Source of the DNA: Nitrosopumilus sp.
Lineage (GTDB): Archaea; Thermoproteota; Nitrososphaeria; Nitrososphaerales; Nitrosopumilaceae
Assembly (NCBI GenBank): GCA_965207445.1
Contig: CBDBLX010000002.1
Coordinates: forward strand, 1,847,849 to 1,911,848
Reading direction: 5' to 3'
DNA length: 64,000 bases
Position numbers and translations under genes: made by a program
Notes under the pieces: generated by a model
Seen by the model: the letters and a program-made list of their open reading frames with translations, nothing else
Database searches by the model: none
What the model was told of the DNA's origin: nothing
In this document: one piece after another, positions 1-10,961 of the stretch
How positions within the stretch are numbered: the stretch's first letter is position 1
Layout: each line of letters starts with the position of its first letter

Positions 1-1545
1 ATGGGCATGATAAATGAAAAGAAAGAGAGAGGCGAGCCGTTCTTGATTTTATTTGTAGGTATAAATGGCACGGGAAAAACAACATCACTTGCAAAGTTTG
101 CATACATGTTACAACAAGCAAAATATTCAGTTGTAGTAGCAGCATCTGATACGTTTAGAGCAGGTGCAATAGAACAGCTCAAAGAGCATACAAAGAGACT
201 CAACATAAAGATTGTCGCGCAAAACTACAACTCCGATCCAGCAGCAGTTGCAAGAGATGCAGTCTTGTATGCAAAAGCTCACAAGACAGACTGCGTATTG
301 ATTGATACTGCAGGTCGCATGCAGACAAGTAAGAATTTGATGGAACAGATTGCAAAGATCACAAAAGTTGTAAATCCAGACATTAAGATATTTGTCGGTG
401 ATGCATTAGCAGGAAACGATACTGTGAATCAAGCAAGGGAGTTTTATGAACATACTAAATTTAACGCATCCATATTGACAAAAGCAGATGCAGATGCTCG
501 TGGAGGCGCAGCACTATCAATTGTAAAGGTTACATCAGCACCCATCATATACGTTGGTGTAGGACAAGAGTATCAAGACTTGAAACCATTTGACAAGAAT
601 GTATTTCTAAATATTGTATTTGGAGATGCAGATAAAAGTACACACAGTGCACAGGTGACAAAAGAAGAGATAGTAAGTGAAATACCTGTAAAAGAAGAGA
701 TAATAAAACAGACAAATCTCAAAACACAAGAGTTGGATTCAGATACAAAGTTAGCAAGAGAGCAATTACAAGTATTAAATACAGAATCAGCAGAAGATTT
801 GATAAAAGTCAAGCCTAATAAAATATCAAAAACAACACAATCATCAATTGAATCAGAATCAGAACCGTTGCAATCCATAGCACAGTCATTTCCACCATCT
901 ACAACATCAACAACACAATCACCTACAGCATCTACACCACCAGAGCCAGAACCGCAACAACTGCAATCACCTACAGCATCTACACCACCAGAGCCAGAAC
1001 CGCAACAACTGCAATCACCTACATCATCTACACCACCAGAGCCAGAACCGCAACAACTGCAATCACCTACATCATCTACACCACCAGAGCCAGAACCGCA
1101 ACAACTGCAATCACCTACATCATCTACACCACCAGAGCCAGAACCGCAACAACTGCAACATACATCTCAACCACAACCATCCGCTGAATCCAAAGAATCA
1201 CACTCAACAAATGATGAACCACAATCATATGATCCATTTTATGGTATATCAGATGAAGATATTACCAGATACTCTGAGATATTTAATGTTGAACCGCCAG
1301 AAAATGATAAAGATGCACACAAGATGGCAAACAAAATCAGAGAGTGGCTCAAAGACAGATCAGATGAGAATACAAAATACACATCAACACAAGATTACAA
1401 CAAACAAGATAAAGGTGAGATAAAAACAACTCAAAATGAGACACACGACAGCAACAGTAAAGGTAACATACACGAAATAGACAATAAAGACAAAAAAGAG
1501 ACACCAAAAAAGAGACGAGGCATGTTTGGATTTTTCAAGAGGTAA
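1..1545 (+). CDS. ftsY: SRP receptor FtsY (probably 5'-partial) with long low-complexity C-terminal extension
   Basis: GINGTGKTT P-loop, DTFRAGA, DTAGR, TKADADARGG SRP-GTPase motifs; ~300 aa Ser/Thr/Pro/Gln tail. Confidence 0.95.
   Translation: MGMINEKKERGEPFLILFVGINGTGKTTSLAKFAYMLQQAKYSVVVAASDTFRAGAIEQLKEHTKRLNIKIVAQNYNSDPAAVARDAVLYAKAHKTDCVLIDTAGRMQTSKNLMEQIAKITKVVNPDIKIFVGDALAGNDTVNQAREFYEHTKFNASILTKADADARGGAALSIVKVTSAPIIYVGVGQEYQDLKPFDKNVFLNIVFGDADKSTHSAQVTKEEIVSEIPVKEEIIKQTNLKTQELDSDTKLAREQLQVLNTESAEDLIKVKPNKISKTTQSSIESESEPLQSIAQSFPPSTTSTTQSPTASTPPEPEPQQLQSPTASTPPEPEPQQLQSPTSSTPPEPEPQQLQSPTSSTPPEPEPQQLQSPTSSTPPEPEPQQLQHTSQPQPSAESKESHSTNDEPQSYDPFYGISDEDITRYSEIFNVEPPENDKDAHKMANKIREWLKDRSDENTKYTSTQDYNKQDKGEIKTTQNETHDSNSKGNIHEIDNKDKKETPKKRRGMFGFFKR
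916..1155 (+). repeat. In-frame 48-bp tandem repeat x5 (QSPTxSTPPEPEPQQL) inside ftsY
   Basis: Units start at 916, 964, 1012, 1060, 1108. Confidence 0.95.
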
Positions 1546-1549
1546 TAAA

Positions 1550-2461
1550 ATGAGACTCGGTACAAAAGACATACTCACATTATCAGAACTAACATCAAAA
1601 GAATTCTCATCACTTATACGACAATCAATTAAACTTAAAGCAGAAAAAAAGAGAAAAAAGTCGCACACCAACATACTCAAAGACAAGTCACTTGTTATGA
1701 TATTTCAAAAACCATCTACAAGAACACGCGTAAGTTTTGAGATCGGCATGAAACAACTAGGAGGCCATACAGTCAACTTGGCAGCAAGTGATATGCAGCT
1801 TGCACGCGGTGAGACGATACAAGACACTGCAAAAACACTTTCTAGATATGCCGATGGTATAATGGCACGTGTATATGAACATGACACAATAGAGTGTTTG
1901 GCACAATATTCTGCAATTCCAGTAATTAATGGACTGTCGGATATGTTTCATCCGTGTCAAATTCTAGCAGACTTTATGACGATAACAGAGAAAAAGGGCA
2001 AGACTAGTAACATAAAGATCTCATGGATTGGAGATGGTAATAATGTCTGTAATTCTATGATTTACGGAGCAGTCCTTACAGGAGCATCAATGTCAATAGC
2101 AACACCAAAAAAACACCAACCTGCAAGCAGTGTGATAAAATATGCACAAAAAAATACACAGATAGAAATAACAACAGATCCTGCAACAGCAGCAAAAGAT
2201 GCAGATGTCATCATAACTGACACGCACAATTCGATTCATAACAAAAATCCAAATCGTATCAATGTATTTTTACCAAAATATCAAATAACCCAAAAGATAA
2301 TGTCTATGGCAAACCCAGACGCAATATTCATGCACTGTTTGCCTGCAAAACGTGGACAGGAAGTCACAGCAGATGTGATTGACGGTCCTCAATCAGTAGT
2401 ATGGGACGAAGCAGAGAATAGATTGCACACACAAAAAGCTCTCCTTGCATCTCTACTATAA
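1550..2461 (+). CDS. argF: Ornithine carbamoyltransferase
   Basis: STRTRVSFE, HPCQ, HCLP and EAENRLH motifs. Confidence 0.95.
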   Translation: MRLGTKDILTLSELTSKEFSSLIRQSIKLKAEKKRKKSHTNILKDKSLVMIFQKPSTRTRVSFEIGMKQLGGHTVNLAASDMQLARGETIQDTAKTLSRYADGIMARVYEHDTIECLAQYSAIPVINGLSDMFHPCQILADFMTITEKKGKTSNIKISWIGDGNNVCNSMIYGAVLTGASMSIATPKKHQPASSVIKYAQKNTQIEITTDPATAAKDADVIITDTHNSIHNKNPNRINVFLPKYQITQKIMSMANPDAIFMHCLPAKRGQEVTADVIDGPQSVVWDEAENRLHTQKALLASLL

Positions 2462-3208
2462 AAATACATAAAATTGTATGTATATGTTGTATGTATATGT
2501 TGTATGTATATCTTGTATGTATATATTGTGTATATATTGTATATATGTATGTATTGTATATATGTATATATTATACATAGATTATATAAAATACACATTA
2601 TTTATCAAAGATAGTAAAAAGATGTGTCAGAATTAAATATCAGAATAACAAAAGATAACATGTAAATGCAAACAACCACTTGGCAAATGCAACGGTTTAC
2701 ACACTAGTTTATTACCATAGTGATAAAAATGAAACAAGACAACTCATCAAATGAATCAATTCATCCCTACTCCATACTAATCACAGGTGCAAGAGGATTC
2801 ATAGGTGCAAAACTAGTCACGTATTTTACAGAACACGGCATAAAAGTAAAGGCCATGAGCAGACAACAAATTGCAGATACAAATAGTGTCAAGTATGTAA
2901 AAGCAGATGCATTTAATGTAAAAGAGATGACACATGCACTCAAAGACGTTGATGTTGCATACTACCTGCTACATTCAATGGAAGGCGACAAACAACAATG
3001 GGAGGACTTTGCAGTTAGAGAAGAGATACAGGCGCAAAACTTTGTTAAAGCGGCAACTGCATCAAACGTCAAGAGAATAATTTATCTTGGAGGGTTGACA
3101 AGTGACACATCACATCTCTCAAGACACATGCAGAGTAGAAGAGATGTTGGTAAAATTCTTGCAAGTACACACATTCCAGTAACAGAGTTGCAAGCATCAA
3201 TCATTATA

Positions 3209-4896
3209 TAGCGACGAGCATAAGTCCATGTACACCAATTTTACACGATTTTATGCCTGAAAAGATCATATGTAAAAATATTGTATTTTGAAAGCGTTAC
3301 ATCTGTTTTTAATATGAATATATACATTTCAGGTGTGCATTGTAAAAAGTGCAGTGTGTATACCATGCCAAAGAAATTAGTACTTTATACTTTGCTAGTT
3401 TGTAATTGGCGAATATGCTGCGTTACCGCAAAAATTTTGCGGCACGCTTAGGCGTGCCTAATTTTAGGAAAGTTTTAAATGATCAATTTATTTACTATGG
3501 TATGGACATACTTGAGCAGCTGTCGAAGATAAGAAAAACCGAAAAAGACGGTCGTGTCGTACGCAGATTGTGCATGTTGATTTTGTTTCTTAGTTTGGGT
3601 ACATTTAGTGATACTGGACGAAAACACAGCTGCGATAGAAGAACAGTTTCAATGTGGTGGCACAGATTAAAGGCTGCAAGAAAGACACCAAAAGGTATTC
3701 GAGATGCATTATCAGACAAACCTAGATCAGGATGTCCGACAAAAGTTGACAGAGCCATACTTGATAAAGTAAGACAATGGTGTGATGGCAAAGGTTTTGA
3801 ATCTATTGAAATATCTGATAAGATATTTGAGTTGTCAGGTACACGGCTAAGTATAACACAAGTTCGAAGATACATGAGACAGTGGAAATGCTCAAAGAAA
3901 AAGACAGAACCAATTGAGATCAATCGTGCCAAGATGACAACTGTTCGAGTTTGGAGATATCGACTCTTTAAAACACTAGAAAAGTTTAGCAAAAAAGGAT
4001 ACACAATAGTGACAATGGATGAATCACACATTCGAGATTCTGAGAGGTCACGTAAGTTTTGGTCAAAAGTGGGAGTACGCATATACTCGTTTTGGAGTGG
4101 GAATCATCATAGATTCAGCATGCTGTGTTCAATGACATCAACTGGAGAATTATTCTATAATTCCTGTAGCACTGCAAACACTGCCTCATTTTTGGAGCAT
4201 GTTGATCGTATGTATCAAAAAATTGGAAAGATGGTGCTTGTTCTTGACAGAGCAACATATCACACCTCAAATGATGCAATGAAATATTTCAAAAACCACC
4301 CGGACATTATGTTAGTGTGGTATCCAGTAGGGCATCCGTACCTAAATCCTGTTGAGGAACTGTGGGGCGTACTCAAATTATCAATCAACAATTCTATAAG
4401 ATATGCAACTGTTGATGCACACAAAGAAGCAGTATTCAAATTTATCAACGAATACATGTTTGATTATAATTTTACCAAATTCTGGAAACGAAAACCGCCC
4501 AAAGGGGTAATGCGTCCAATCGTCAGATTGGAAGGTGAACTGAGTTCTGAAGCAGAGAAATGTAACATAACCGTCCCGATAGCAACAACAACAAAAACAA
4601 AAAAGAAAAAGACAAACTAGCAATATGAAATTGCATTATTGCTCAGGTACATCTTCTCTCAACATGGTTATCGCTACACGTAAGCACACATCGTAATCAT
4701 CCATCTCAATCTTGAATTGTATTCCATTCTTTGGTGTATGATTGTGCATATTGCAACATATTGCCATAATTTTGAACATGAAAATAGTCATATTGTGGTT
4801 TCCTGTAACGTTTTCACAATTGGACTTTGCCACATGTGATTATTTCAGGCACGAAATCACAAAAATTCACTGTACAGAAACTTATGCTCGTCGCTA
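3209..4896 (+). mobile_element. IS630-family insertion sequence (~1.69 kb), TA target duplication
   Basis: TIRs TAGCGACGAGCATAAGT.../...ACTTATGCTCGTCGCTA with imperfect match extending ~70 bp; TA at 3207-3208 and 4897-4898. Confidence 0.95.
3406..4620 (+). CDS. IS630-family transposase (true start possibly ATG 3502)
   Basis: HTH region DKPRSGCP; DDE motifs MDESH, LDRATYH, PYLNPVEELW. Confidence 0.92.
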   Translation: MANMLRYRKNFAARLGVPNFRKVLNDQFIYYGMDILEQLSKIRKTEKDGRVVRRLCMLILFLSLGTFSDTGRKHSCDRRTVSMWWHRLKAARKTPKGIRDALSDKPRSGCPTKVDRAILDKVRQWCDGKGFESIEISDKIFELSGTRLSITQVRRYMRQWKCSKKKTEPIEINRAKMTTVRVWRYRLFKTLEKFSKKGYTIVTMDESHIRDSERSRKFWSKVGVRIYSFWSGNHHRFSMLCSMTSTGELFYNSCSTANTASFLEHVDRMYQKIGKMVLVLDRATYHTSNDAMKYFKNHPDIMLVWYPVGHPYLNPVEELWGVLKLSINNSIRYATVDAHKEAVFKFINEYMFDYNFTKFWKRKPPKGVMRPIVRLEGELSSEAEKCNITVPIATTTKTKKKKTN

Positions 4897-5991
4897 TAGG
4901 TGCCGAAGGCAGTTCATATGCAATGTTACGCTATTTGGTTGAACGACTGCCATTTATGGTCTGCCCAAAATGGGTCAAATCACTAGCACAACCAATATCA
5001 GTTGTTGATGTAGTTGCATATTTGGCAAAATGTGCCAAACATCATAATAAAACCGCAGGACAAATATTTGAAATTGGAGGGCCAGATATACTCAGCTATG
5101 AAGAGTTAATGAGAACATATGCAAAGTATCTTGGCAAAAGTATCAAAATCATACAGATTCCGATTCTCACTACTAGACTCTCTTCATATTGGGTGGATTT
5201 AGTGACTCCTGTCAAAGCATCGCTAGCAAGGCCACTAGTTGAGAGTTTAGTGCACAATACTATAGTGAGTGATAACAGTATTACAAAGATAATACCATTG
5301 AAACTGCAGACAGTCACAGAGGCAATTGATTCTGCAACAAAAGAAATGTCCCAAAAAAATCAGATTAAAAAGTCAGATGGTGAAAAGACAGACTATTTGA
5401 CAAACCAACGAGTTCTTATGATTCTGCTTCCCATATTGGGACTAATTGGGACGAGTTATTATTGGCCATATATGAGCCCAGAGATACATAATATCATATT
5501 GGTGCTAGCATCAATTGTATGGTGTGCGGGAGTTGTGTTTGCAATTCGTTTTGTACACGTCAAAACTAGACTAGGGTATCTTTTAGCAGGTATCTTGTCA
5601 TGGATGGCATTAGGGTTTTGGATATTTGACAGTGCTTATTGTATACTTGATGTATCAATAATTTGTAAAGAGTACATATCAGACATAACTGTTATTCGAA
5701 ACATTATAGGAATTGCAACTGCTATTGCATGTGTGGCCGCATCTCATAATGCATTTCACAAGATTCGCAGGTATCAACATAGAGGCACTCCGATCATAGT
5801 ACAAAAATAACACATGACCATATATTGCGTATTACAATTATCATTACTCACATATAAAACACGTATGAATTAGTCTTACAACACAACAACAACAACAATC
5901 CAAACAGTACAAATACACGATAAATTTTTTCTCAAGTTTCCAAAACAAAATACTATAACGTATATAAGGACAAGTCAAAGGTTGGTTTCTA

Positions 5992-6480
5992 TTGGCACAT
6001 GCAAAGATATTGCGCAGATTAAGAGAAGAAAAAACAAATTACAAGAAACGATCCACTATGCTTATGGGAAGACGAGACTTTGTCACTGTAAATATTTCAA
6101 ATGAAAATACCCAAGTACAAATATTAAAGCCAGGCATGACAGGGGATACAGTCATAGCATCTGCCCACTCTAGATATCTACTAAAACGAGGCTGGAAGGG
6201 ATCAAGAAAGAGCCTCTCTGCAGCATATCTTACAGGATATGTGGCAGGCAAAAGAGCAGTTAGTAAGGGAGCTGCAGATGCCATACTATACACTGGAACC
6301 AAAAAATATACCCAAAGAATGGCAGCAGCACTCAAAGGCACAATAGATGCAGGGATGAGTGTGCCTGCAGGGGACAACGCCTTTCCACCAGATGAGAGGA
6401 TAAATGGGGAGCATTTAGCTATAAAAAATGATGTTGAGAAGATTAGATCTGAGATAGATAGTCAGGAGGTAGCAGTATAG
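5992..6480 (+). CDS. rpl18: 50S ribosomal protein L18 (uL18)
   Basis: RRLREEKTNYKKR, AAYLTG, RINGEH; operon position. Confidence 0.95.
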   Translation: MAHAKILRRLREEKTNYKKRSTMLMGRRDFVTVNISNENTQVQILKPGMTGDTVIASAHSRYLLKRGWKGSRKSLSAAYLTGYVAGKRAVSKGAADAILYTGTKKYTQRMAAALKGTIDAGMSVPAGDNAFPPDERINGEHLAIKNDVEKIRSEIDSQEVAV

Positions 6481-7203
6481 ATGAGTCAACAGCAGCAAGT
6501 AGCATCACGTTCAGCGTCACAATCATCATCATCATCATCATCACCATCACAAAGAGGTTATGGTGGCAAAGGCACCTCAAGGGATAGACCAAGACGAAGA
6601 CGTGAGACAGAAGAAGAGATATGGATACCAAAGACCATATTGGGTAAAAAGGTCGCATCTGGTGAAATTACATCACTAGAGTCCATAATAGAGCAAGGAT
6701 TAAGAGTACAAGAAGAAGGAATAATCAAAAAGTTGCTACCAGACTTGAAAACCGAAGTAGTAGATGTCGGTATTATACAAAAAATGACATCAAATGGGCA
6801 GTCAACAAGATTCAAAGCAATCGTAGCTGCAGGAAACGAGAACGGTTATCTTGGAATAGGACAAGGTAAATCAAAGCAGATGAGAATTGCAATTGGAAAA
6901 GCAACGAGTCAGGCGTATCTGAACGTCAGTCCCATAAAGTTGGGATGCGGTAGTTGGGAGTGCAGGTGTGATCAAAAACACTCTGTTCCATTTCGTGTAA
7001 AGGGCAAAGGCGGAAGCGTGACTATAGAGATTATACCAGCACCACGCGGACTCGGACTTGTTGCAGGTGGCAAGATAAAACGTCTATTAGAGTTAGCAGG
7101 ACTAAAGGATGCATGGACCACGGCAAAAGGCTCTACGCCTACTATGAACTCTACATCAAAAGCTATACTGAACTGTCTTAGACAGACGTTCAGCCAAGGG
7201 TGA
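6481..7203 (+). CDS. rps5: 30S ribosomal protein S5 (uS5) with poly-Gln/poly-Ser N-terminus
   Basis: WIPKTILG, GCGSWEC, PAPRGLGL. Confidence 0.97.
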   Translation: MSQQQQVASRSASQSSSSSSSPSQRGYGGKGTSRDRPRRRRETEEEIWIPKTILGKKVASGEITSLESIIEQGLRVQEEGIIKKLLPDLKTEVVDVGIIQKMTSNGQSTRFKAIVAAGNENGYLGIGQGKSKQMRIAIGKATSQAYLNVSPIKLGCGSWECRCDQKHSVPFRVKGKGGSVTIEIIPAPRGLGLVAGGKIKRLLELAGLKDAWTTAKGSTPTMNSTSKAILNCLRQTFSQG

Positions 7204-7706
7204 CTGAGATGAGTAGTACAAACTCTACTGGCAATTCTGGAGCATATTTGGTCGTTAGGATAAGGGGACAGGCAGATGTCCCATACTGGGCAACACATAC
7301 AATGTCAATTATGAAATTAGAGCGCAAGTATAGAGCAACCATACTGCCTGCAAAAGATAATACTCTAGGTATGTTAAACAAGGTAAAGCATTACATATCA
7401 TGGACCAAACTAAATCCTGAATTGGCACAAGAGATACTAGAGAAAAAGGCACGCAAGTCAGGATATCACAAGGTCACGCAAGAGGATATTGTAAAACTTG
7501 GATTCAAAGATATAGCAGATGTGGCATCTGCACTATGTAATGGTAGTGCAACACTCTCAAAGTTAAAGCCTTTAAAGCCATGGTTTGCACTTGCGCCACC
7601 AAGACACGGATTCAGACGCAGTACAAAACGACTAGCAGGTCAAAAAGGCATACTTGGAAACAACAGTGATCTAGGTGAGATAGTACGTAGGATGATGATT
7701 GTATAA
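7200..7706 (+). CDS. rpl30: 50S ribosomal protein L30 (uL30)
   Basis: VVRIRG, LKPWFALAPPRHGF; operon position. Confidence 0.95.
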   Translation: MTEMSSTNSTGNSGAYLVVRIRGQADVPYWATHTMSIMKLERKYRATILPAKDNTLGMLNKVKHYISWTKLNPELAQEILEKKARKSGYHKVTQEDIVKLGFKDIADVASALCNGSATLSKLKPLKPWFALAPPRHGFRRSTKRLAGQKGILGNNSDLGEIVRRMMIV

Positions 7707-8203
7707 TGGCAACTAGACTACGAAAAACAAGAAGGCTCAGAGGAGGTCGCCACATGGGATGGGGTCAAGTCGGACAACATCGTGCAAGTGGTCACCAAGG
7801 TGGCTTGGGTGTGACGGGCATGCTAAAACACCATTACAGTAGTATGCTCAAATATGATCCGAACCATTACGGTCACAACTCTACAAAGCCCCCGCATCCA
7901 AATGTAACAAAAAAGTGGGCATCTGTGAGGGATTTAGATGATCTCTATGCAAGGTATGGTACTGTTTTGGGTGGTGATAATGGTGGTGGCAATAATGATA
8001 ATGCAACCAATGACAATGATAGTAATAGTAGTGGGAACAACAACAACAACAACATACTTGACTTAAAGTCGGCAGGATACCAAAAATTGCTCGGTGGAGG
8101 GAGTGTAAAAGGCGCATATACAATCAAGATTCCCAAGTTTACTGCCGCAGCAGCAGAAAAGGTAAAGGCGGCAGGCGGGGAGGTTTTGTCTGCCAATGGC
8201 TGA
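7706..8203 (+). CDS. rpl15: 50S ribosomal protein L15 (uL15) with Asn/Gly/Asp insertion
   Basis: RRLRGGRHMGWG, KLLGGG, KVKAAGGEV. Confidence 0.95.
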   Translation: MATRLRKTRRLRGGRHMGWGQVGQHRASGHQGGLGVTGMLKHHYSSMLKYDPNHYGHNSTKPPHPNVTKKWASVRDLDDLYARYGTVLGGDNGGGNNDNATNDNDSNSSGNNNNNNILDLKSAGYQKLLGGGSVKGAYTIKIPKFTAAAAEKVKAAGGEVLSANG

Positions 8204-9635
8204 TAAGAATAACAGTAGTCTGACTGCCATAATACGACGGATCGTCTTCAAGGCAGAACCATATCTCCCACAAGTTCCAAAACCAAAGAAAAAACTCACA
8301 CTCCAGACCAGACTACTCTGGTGCGGAGTTGCGCTGCTCATATACATGGTAATGGGTCAAACACCACTATTTGGAGCAACCACACCAGAGTTTGACTTTT
8401 TGGCATTTGCAAGAGTAATATTTGCATCACAACAAGGAACCCTAGTAGAACTCGGAATAGGTCCCATAGTAACAGCAGGACTGCTCATGCAACTGCTTCG
8501 TGGATCAGAGATCCTCAAATTTGACTTTAAAAAACCCGAAGAACGCGGCATATTTCAAACTGCAACAAAGCTCGTAACATACATCATCATAGTAGCCGAA
8601 TCGATCGTATATGGAATAGCAGTGTATGGTCCAACCCTAACGGATCCATCTGTACTATACATCATGATAGGTCAACTGATGGCAGCGTCTGTTATCATCA
8701 TGTTCTTAGACGAGTTGGTACAAAAAGGATGGGGTATTGGAAGCGGAATCAGTTTGTTCATCATGGCAGGAGTAGCTCAACAGATACTGTGGAGTCTTTT
8801 CAGCCCACTACCTGCAGGGGATGGCGGTGTGATCGGTATAATACCATATACAATCCAATCGTTTATTGGAGGTGACATATCACAAATACTGTTCCGGTCA
8901 CAACAGTTGCCAAGCATATTTGGGTTGTGTCTGACAGCAGGTGTTCTACTCATACTAGTCTTTACACAAGGTATGAAGATCGAAATCCCAATAGTATCTA
9001 CCAAATACAGAGGCTTTTCTGCAGTATACCCAATCAAGATGATGTACGTCTCAAACATTCCGGTAATTCTGGCATCTGCTCTGACTGCAAATGCAGTTTT
9101 TGTATTTCAGATGTTGTGGGCAAACTTTAATCCAAGAAACAACAGCTTGTTCATGAATCTTGTCGCGCAGTTTGATCCCACTAGCCCATCATCGCCAATA
9201 GGCGGTCTGATATACTATATCACACCTCCAAGGGGGTTAGATGTAGTAGCCCTTGACCCATCAAGAGCAGTCGGATACGTGTTATTTATGATAGGAATAG
9301 TGGTAGTGTTTGGTAAATTATGGGTAGAGTTAGGTGGGCTGTCACCGAAAAGTGCAGCGCAAAACCTGCTTGATGCAGATGTCCAGATACCAGGGTTTAG
9401 ACGCTCAAACAAGCCAGTAGAAGCTCTACTCAACAAGTACATACCATCTGTCACACTTATTGGATCAATGATACTAGGGCTACTTGCAGGAGTATCAGAT
9501 GTGCTTGGTGTGTTTGGATCGGGAATTGGAATACTCTTGATGGTCGACATTTTGATTAACTACTATACACAGCTAGTACGAGAGCAGGTAGAAGTCGTCA
9601 TGCCGCGTCTGGGGGCCTTGCTTGGCAGAAAATAA
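8196..9635 (+). CDS. secY: Preprotein translocase SecY
   Basis: ELGIGPIVTAG, GWGIGSGISLFI, IPGFRR; multi-TM. Confidence 0.97.
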   Translation: MADKNNSSLTAIIRRIVFKAEPYLPQVPKPKKKLTLQTRLLWCGVALLIYMVMGQTPLFGATTPEFDFLAFARVIFASQQGTLVELGIGPIVTAGLLMQLLRGSEILKFDFKKPEERGIFQTATKLVTYIIIVAESIVYGIAVYGPTLTDPSVLYIMIGQLMAASVIIMFLDELVQKGWGIGSGISLFIMAGVAQQILWSLFSPLPAGDGGVIGIIPYTIQSFIGGDISQILFRSQQLPSIFGLCLTAGVLLILVFTQGMKIEIPIVSTKYRGFSAVYPIKMMYVSNIPVILASALTANAVFVFQMLWANFNPRNNSLFMNLVAQFDPTSPSSPIGGLIYYITPPRGLDVVALDPSRAVGYVLFMIGIVVVFGKLWVELGGLSPKSAAQNLLDADVQIPGFRRSNKPVEALLNKYIPSVTLIGSMILGLLAGVSDVLGVFGSGIGILLMVDILINYYTQLVREQVEVVMPRLGALLGRK

Positions 9636-10200
9636 GAGGATTGTCGTGGTAGGAATACCCGGCGTAGGTAAGACATCATTGTTAGAAAAGACAGTAGAGA
9701 TACTAAAACAACAAAGAAAAAACGTCACGGTAGTTAGTTTTGGAACTACAATGGTAGAGATTGCACAACAGATGGAGATCAAAGACCGAGATCAGTTACG
9801 AAAACTCCCCACATTAAAACAGCAAGAATTACAAAAAGCAGCAGCAATAATGATTGCTCAGAGAACAGAGCAGATTGTCATAATAGATACACATGCCTTT
9901 GTAAAGTCTCAGCAAGGGTATTATCCTGGATTGCCATCACATGTGCTAGATGTGATAAAACCAACGAATTTTATTGCCGTAACAGCAAGACCAGAGGAGA
10001 TATTCAGTAGACGAGTAAAAGATGTGACAAGAAACAGAGACAATGTAAACATATTGAATATTAAAAAAGAGTTAGCAGTCCAATCAGGTATGCTATCGGC
10101 ATGTGCTGTTATTACAGGCTCACCGATAAGAGTGATTCAAAATGCAGAAGGGCATATAGAAGAGGCGGCAAATAAGATAATAATGTCCATGGAGTTATAG
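9622..10200 (+). CDS. adk: Archaeal adenylate kinase
   Basis: GIPGVGKT, DTH, YYPGLP; follows secY. Confidence 0.92.
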   Translation: MAENKRIVVVGIPGVGKTSLLEKTVEILKQQRKNVTVVSFGTTMVEIAQQMEIKDRDQLRKLPTLKQQELQKAAAIMIAQRTEQIVIIDTHAFVKSQQGYYPGLPSHVLDVIKPTNFIAVTARPEEIFSRRVKDVTRNRDNVNILNIKKELAVQSGMLSACAVITGSPIRVIQNAEGHIEEAANKIIMSMEL

Positions 10201-10238
10201 TTGTTGAGGTTTGGTGATGGTGATATGGTGATGGTGAT

Positions 10239-10961
10239 ATGGTGATGGTGATGATGATAAACGATCTTGCAATTACAATGATTGCACCAATAATGATGAC
10301 TATTGGGGCAATAGACACATCAGGAATATCTCTGATAATATCTTCTTTGAGTATAGACGGCATTACAAGCATATTGACACTGCAGTTTGACTTTTTTGGG
10401 TCAGAGCGAGGAGCACTTGGAAGCGACGATCCAGTAATCAAAGGATGGGTAATGTCTCTGTTTGTAGTAGCTGCTTTTGGTATACTGCTCAATGTGTTTA
10501 ATGCGGCAATTAGAAGAAAGATGATCGATCAGGTAAAACTCAAGCGCATGATGAAAGAGACAAGGGCATGGCAAAAAGAGAAACTAAAGGCAGCACGATC
10601 AAAGGATAATACAAAACTCGGCGAGTTGAATAAAAAGTCAGCATACATGAACAAGATGTCAATGGAATTAATGCAGATGAACATGAGACCCATGCTGATC
10701 ACATTTGTACCACTGATATTGATATTTTATTTTGTGCTACCATTTTTGTTCTCATATACAGTTGCAATATCACCAATACCACTCAATGTTATACCAGGTG
10801 AAATATTCCAACTTACATGTACAGCAGAACAAGCAGCAGATCCAGAGCACGTATGTACAGAAGAGAATGCGATATTCTTGTGGGCATGGTACTTTTTATC
10901 ATCAATTGCATTTAGCGGAATTATAATGAAGATGACAAAAACTTCGATGGATCTCAGTTGA
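10239..10961 (+). CDS. DUF106/EMC3-TMCO1 (Oxa1 superfamily) membrane protein; start uncertain
   Basis: TM, coiled coil, MRPMLITFVP, WYFLSSI; conserved position after adk. Confidence 0.85.
   Translation: MVMVMMINDLAITMIAPIMMTIGAIDTSGISLIISSLSIDGITSILTLQFDFFGSERGALGSDDPVIKGWVMSLFVVAAFGILLNVFNAAIRRKMIDQVKLKRMMKETRAWQKEKLKAARSKDNTKLGELNKKSAYMNKMSMELMQMNMRPMLITFVPLILIFYFVLPFLFSYTVAISPIPLNVIPGEIFQLTCTAEQAADPEHVCTEENAIFLWAWYFLSSIAFSGIIMKMTKTSMDLS

Larger units (their letters stand above)
2720..5810 (+). pseudogene. NAD-dependent epimerase/SDR with membrane C-terminus, split by IS630
   Basis: GARGFIG Rossmann motif; removing 3209-4898 rejoins ...ELQASIII|GAEGSSYAMLRYLVERLP in frame. Confidence 0.9.
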
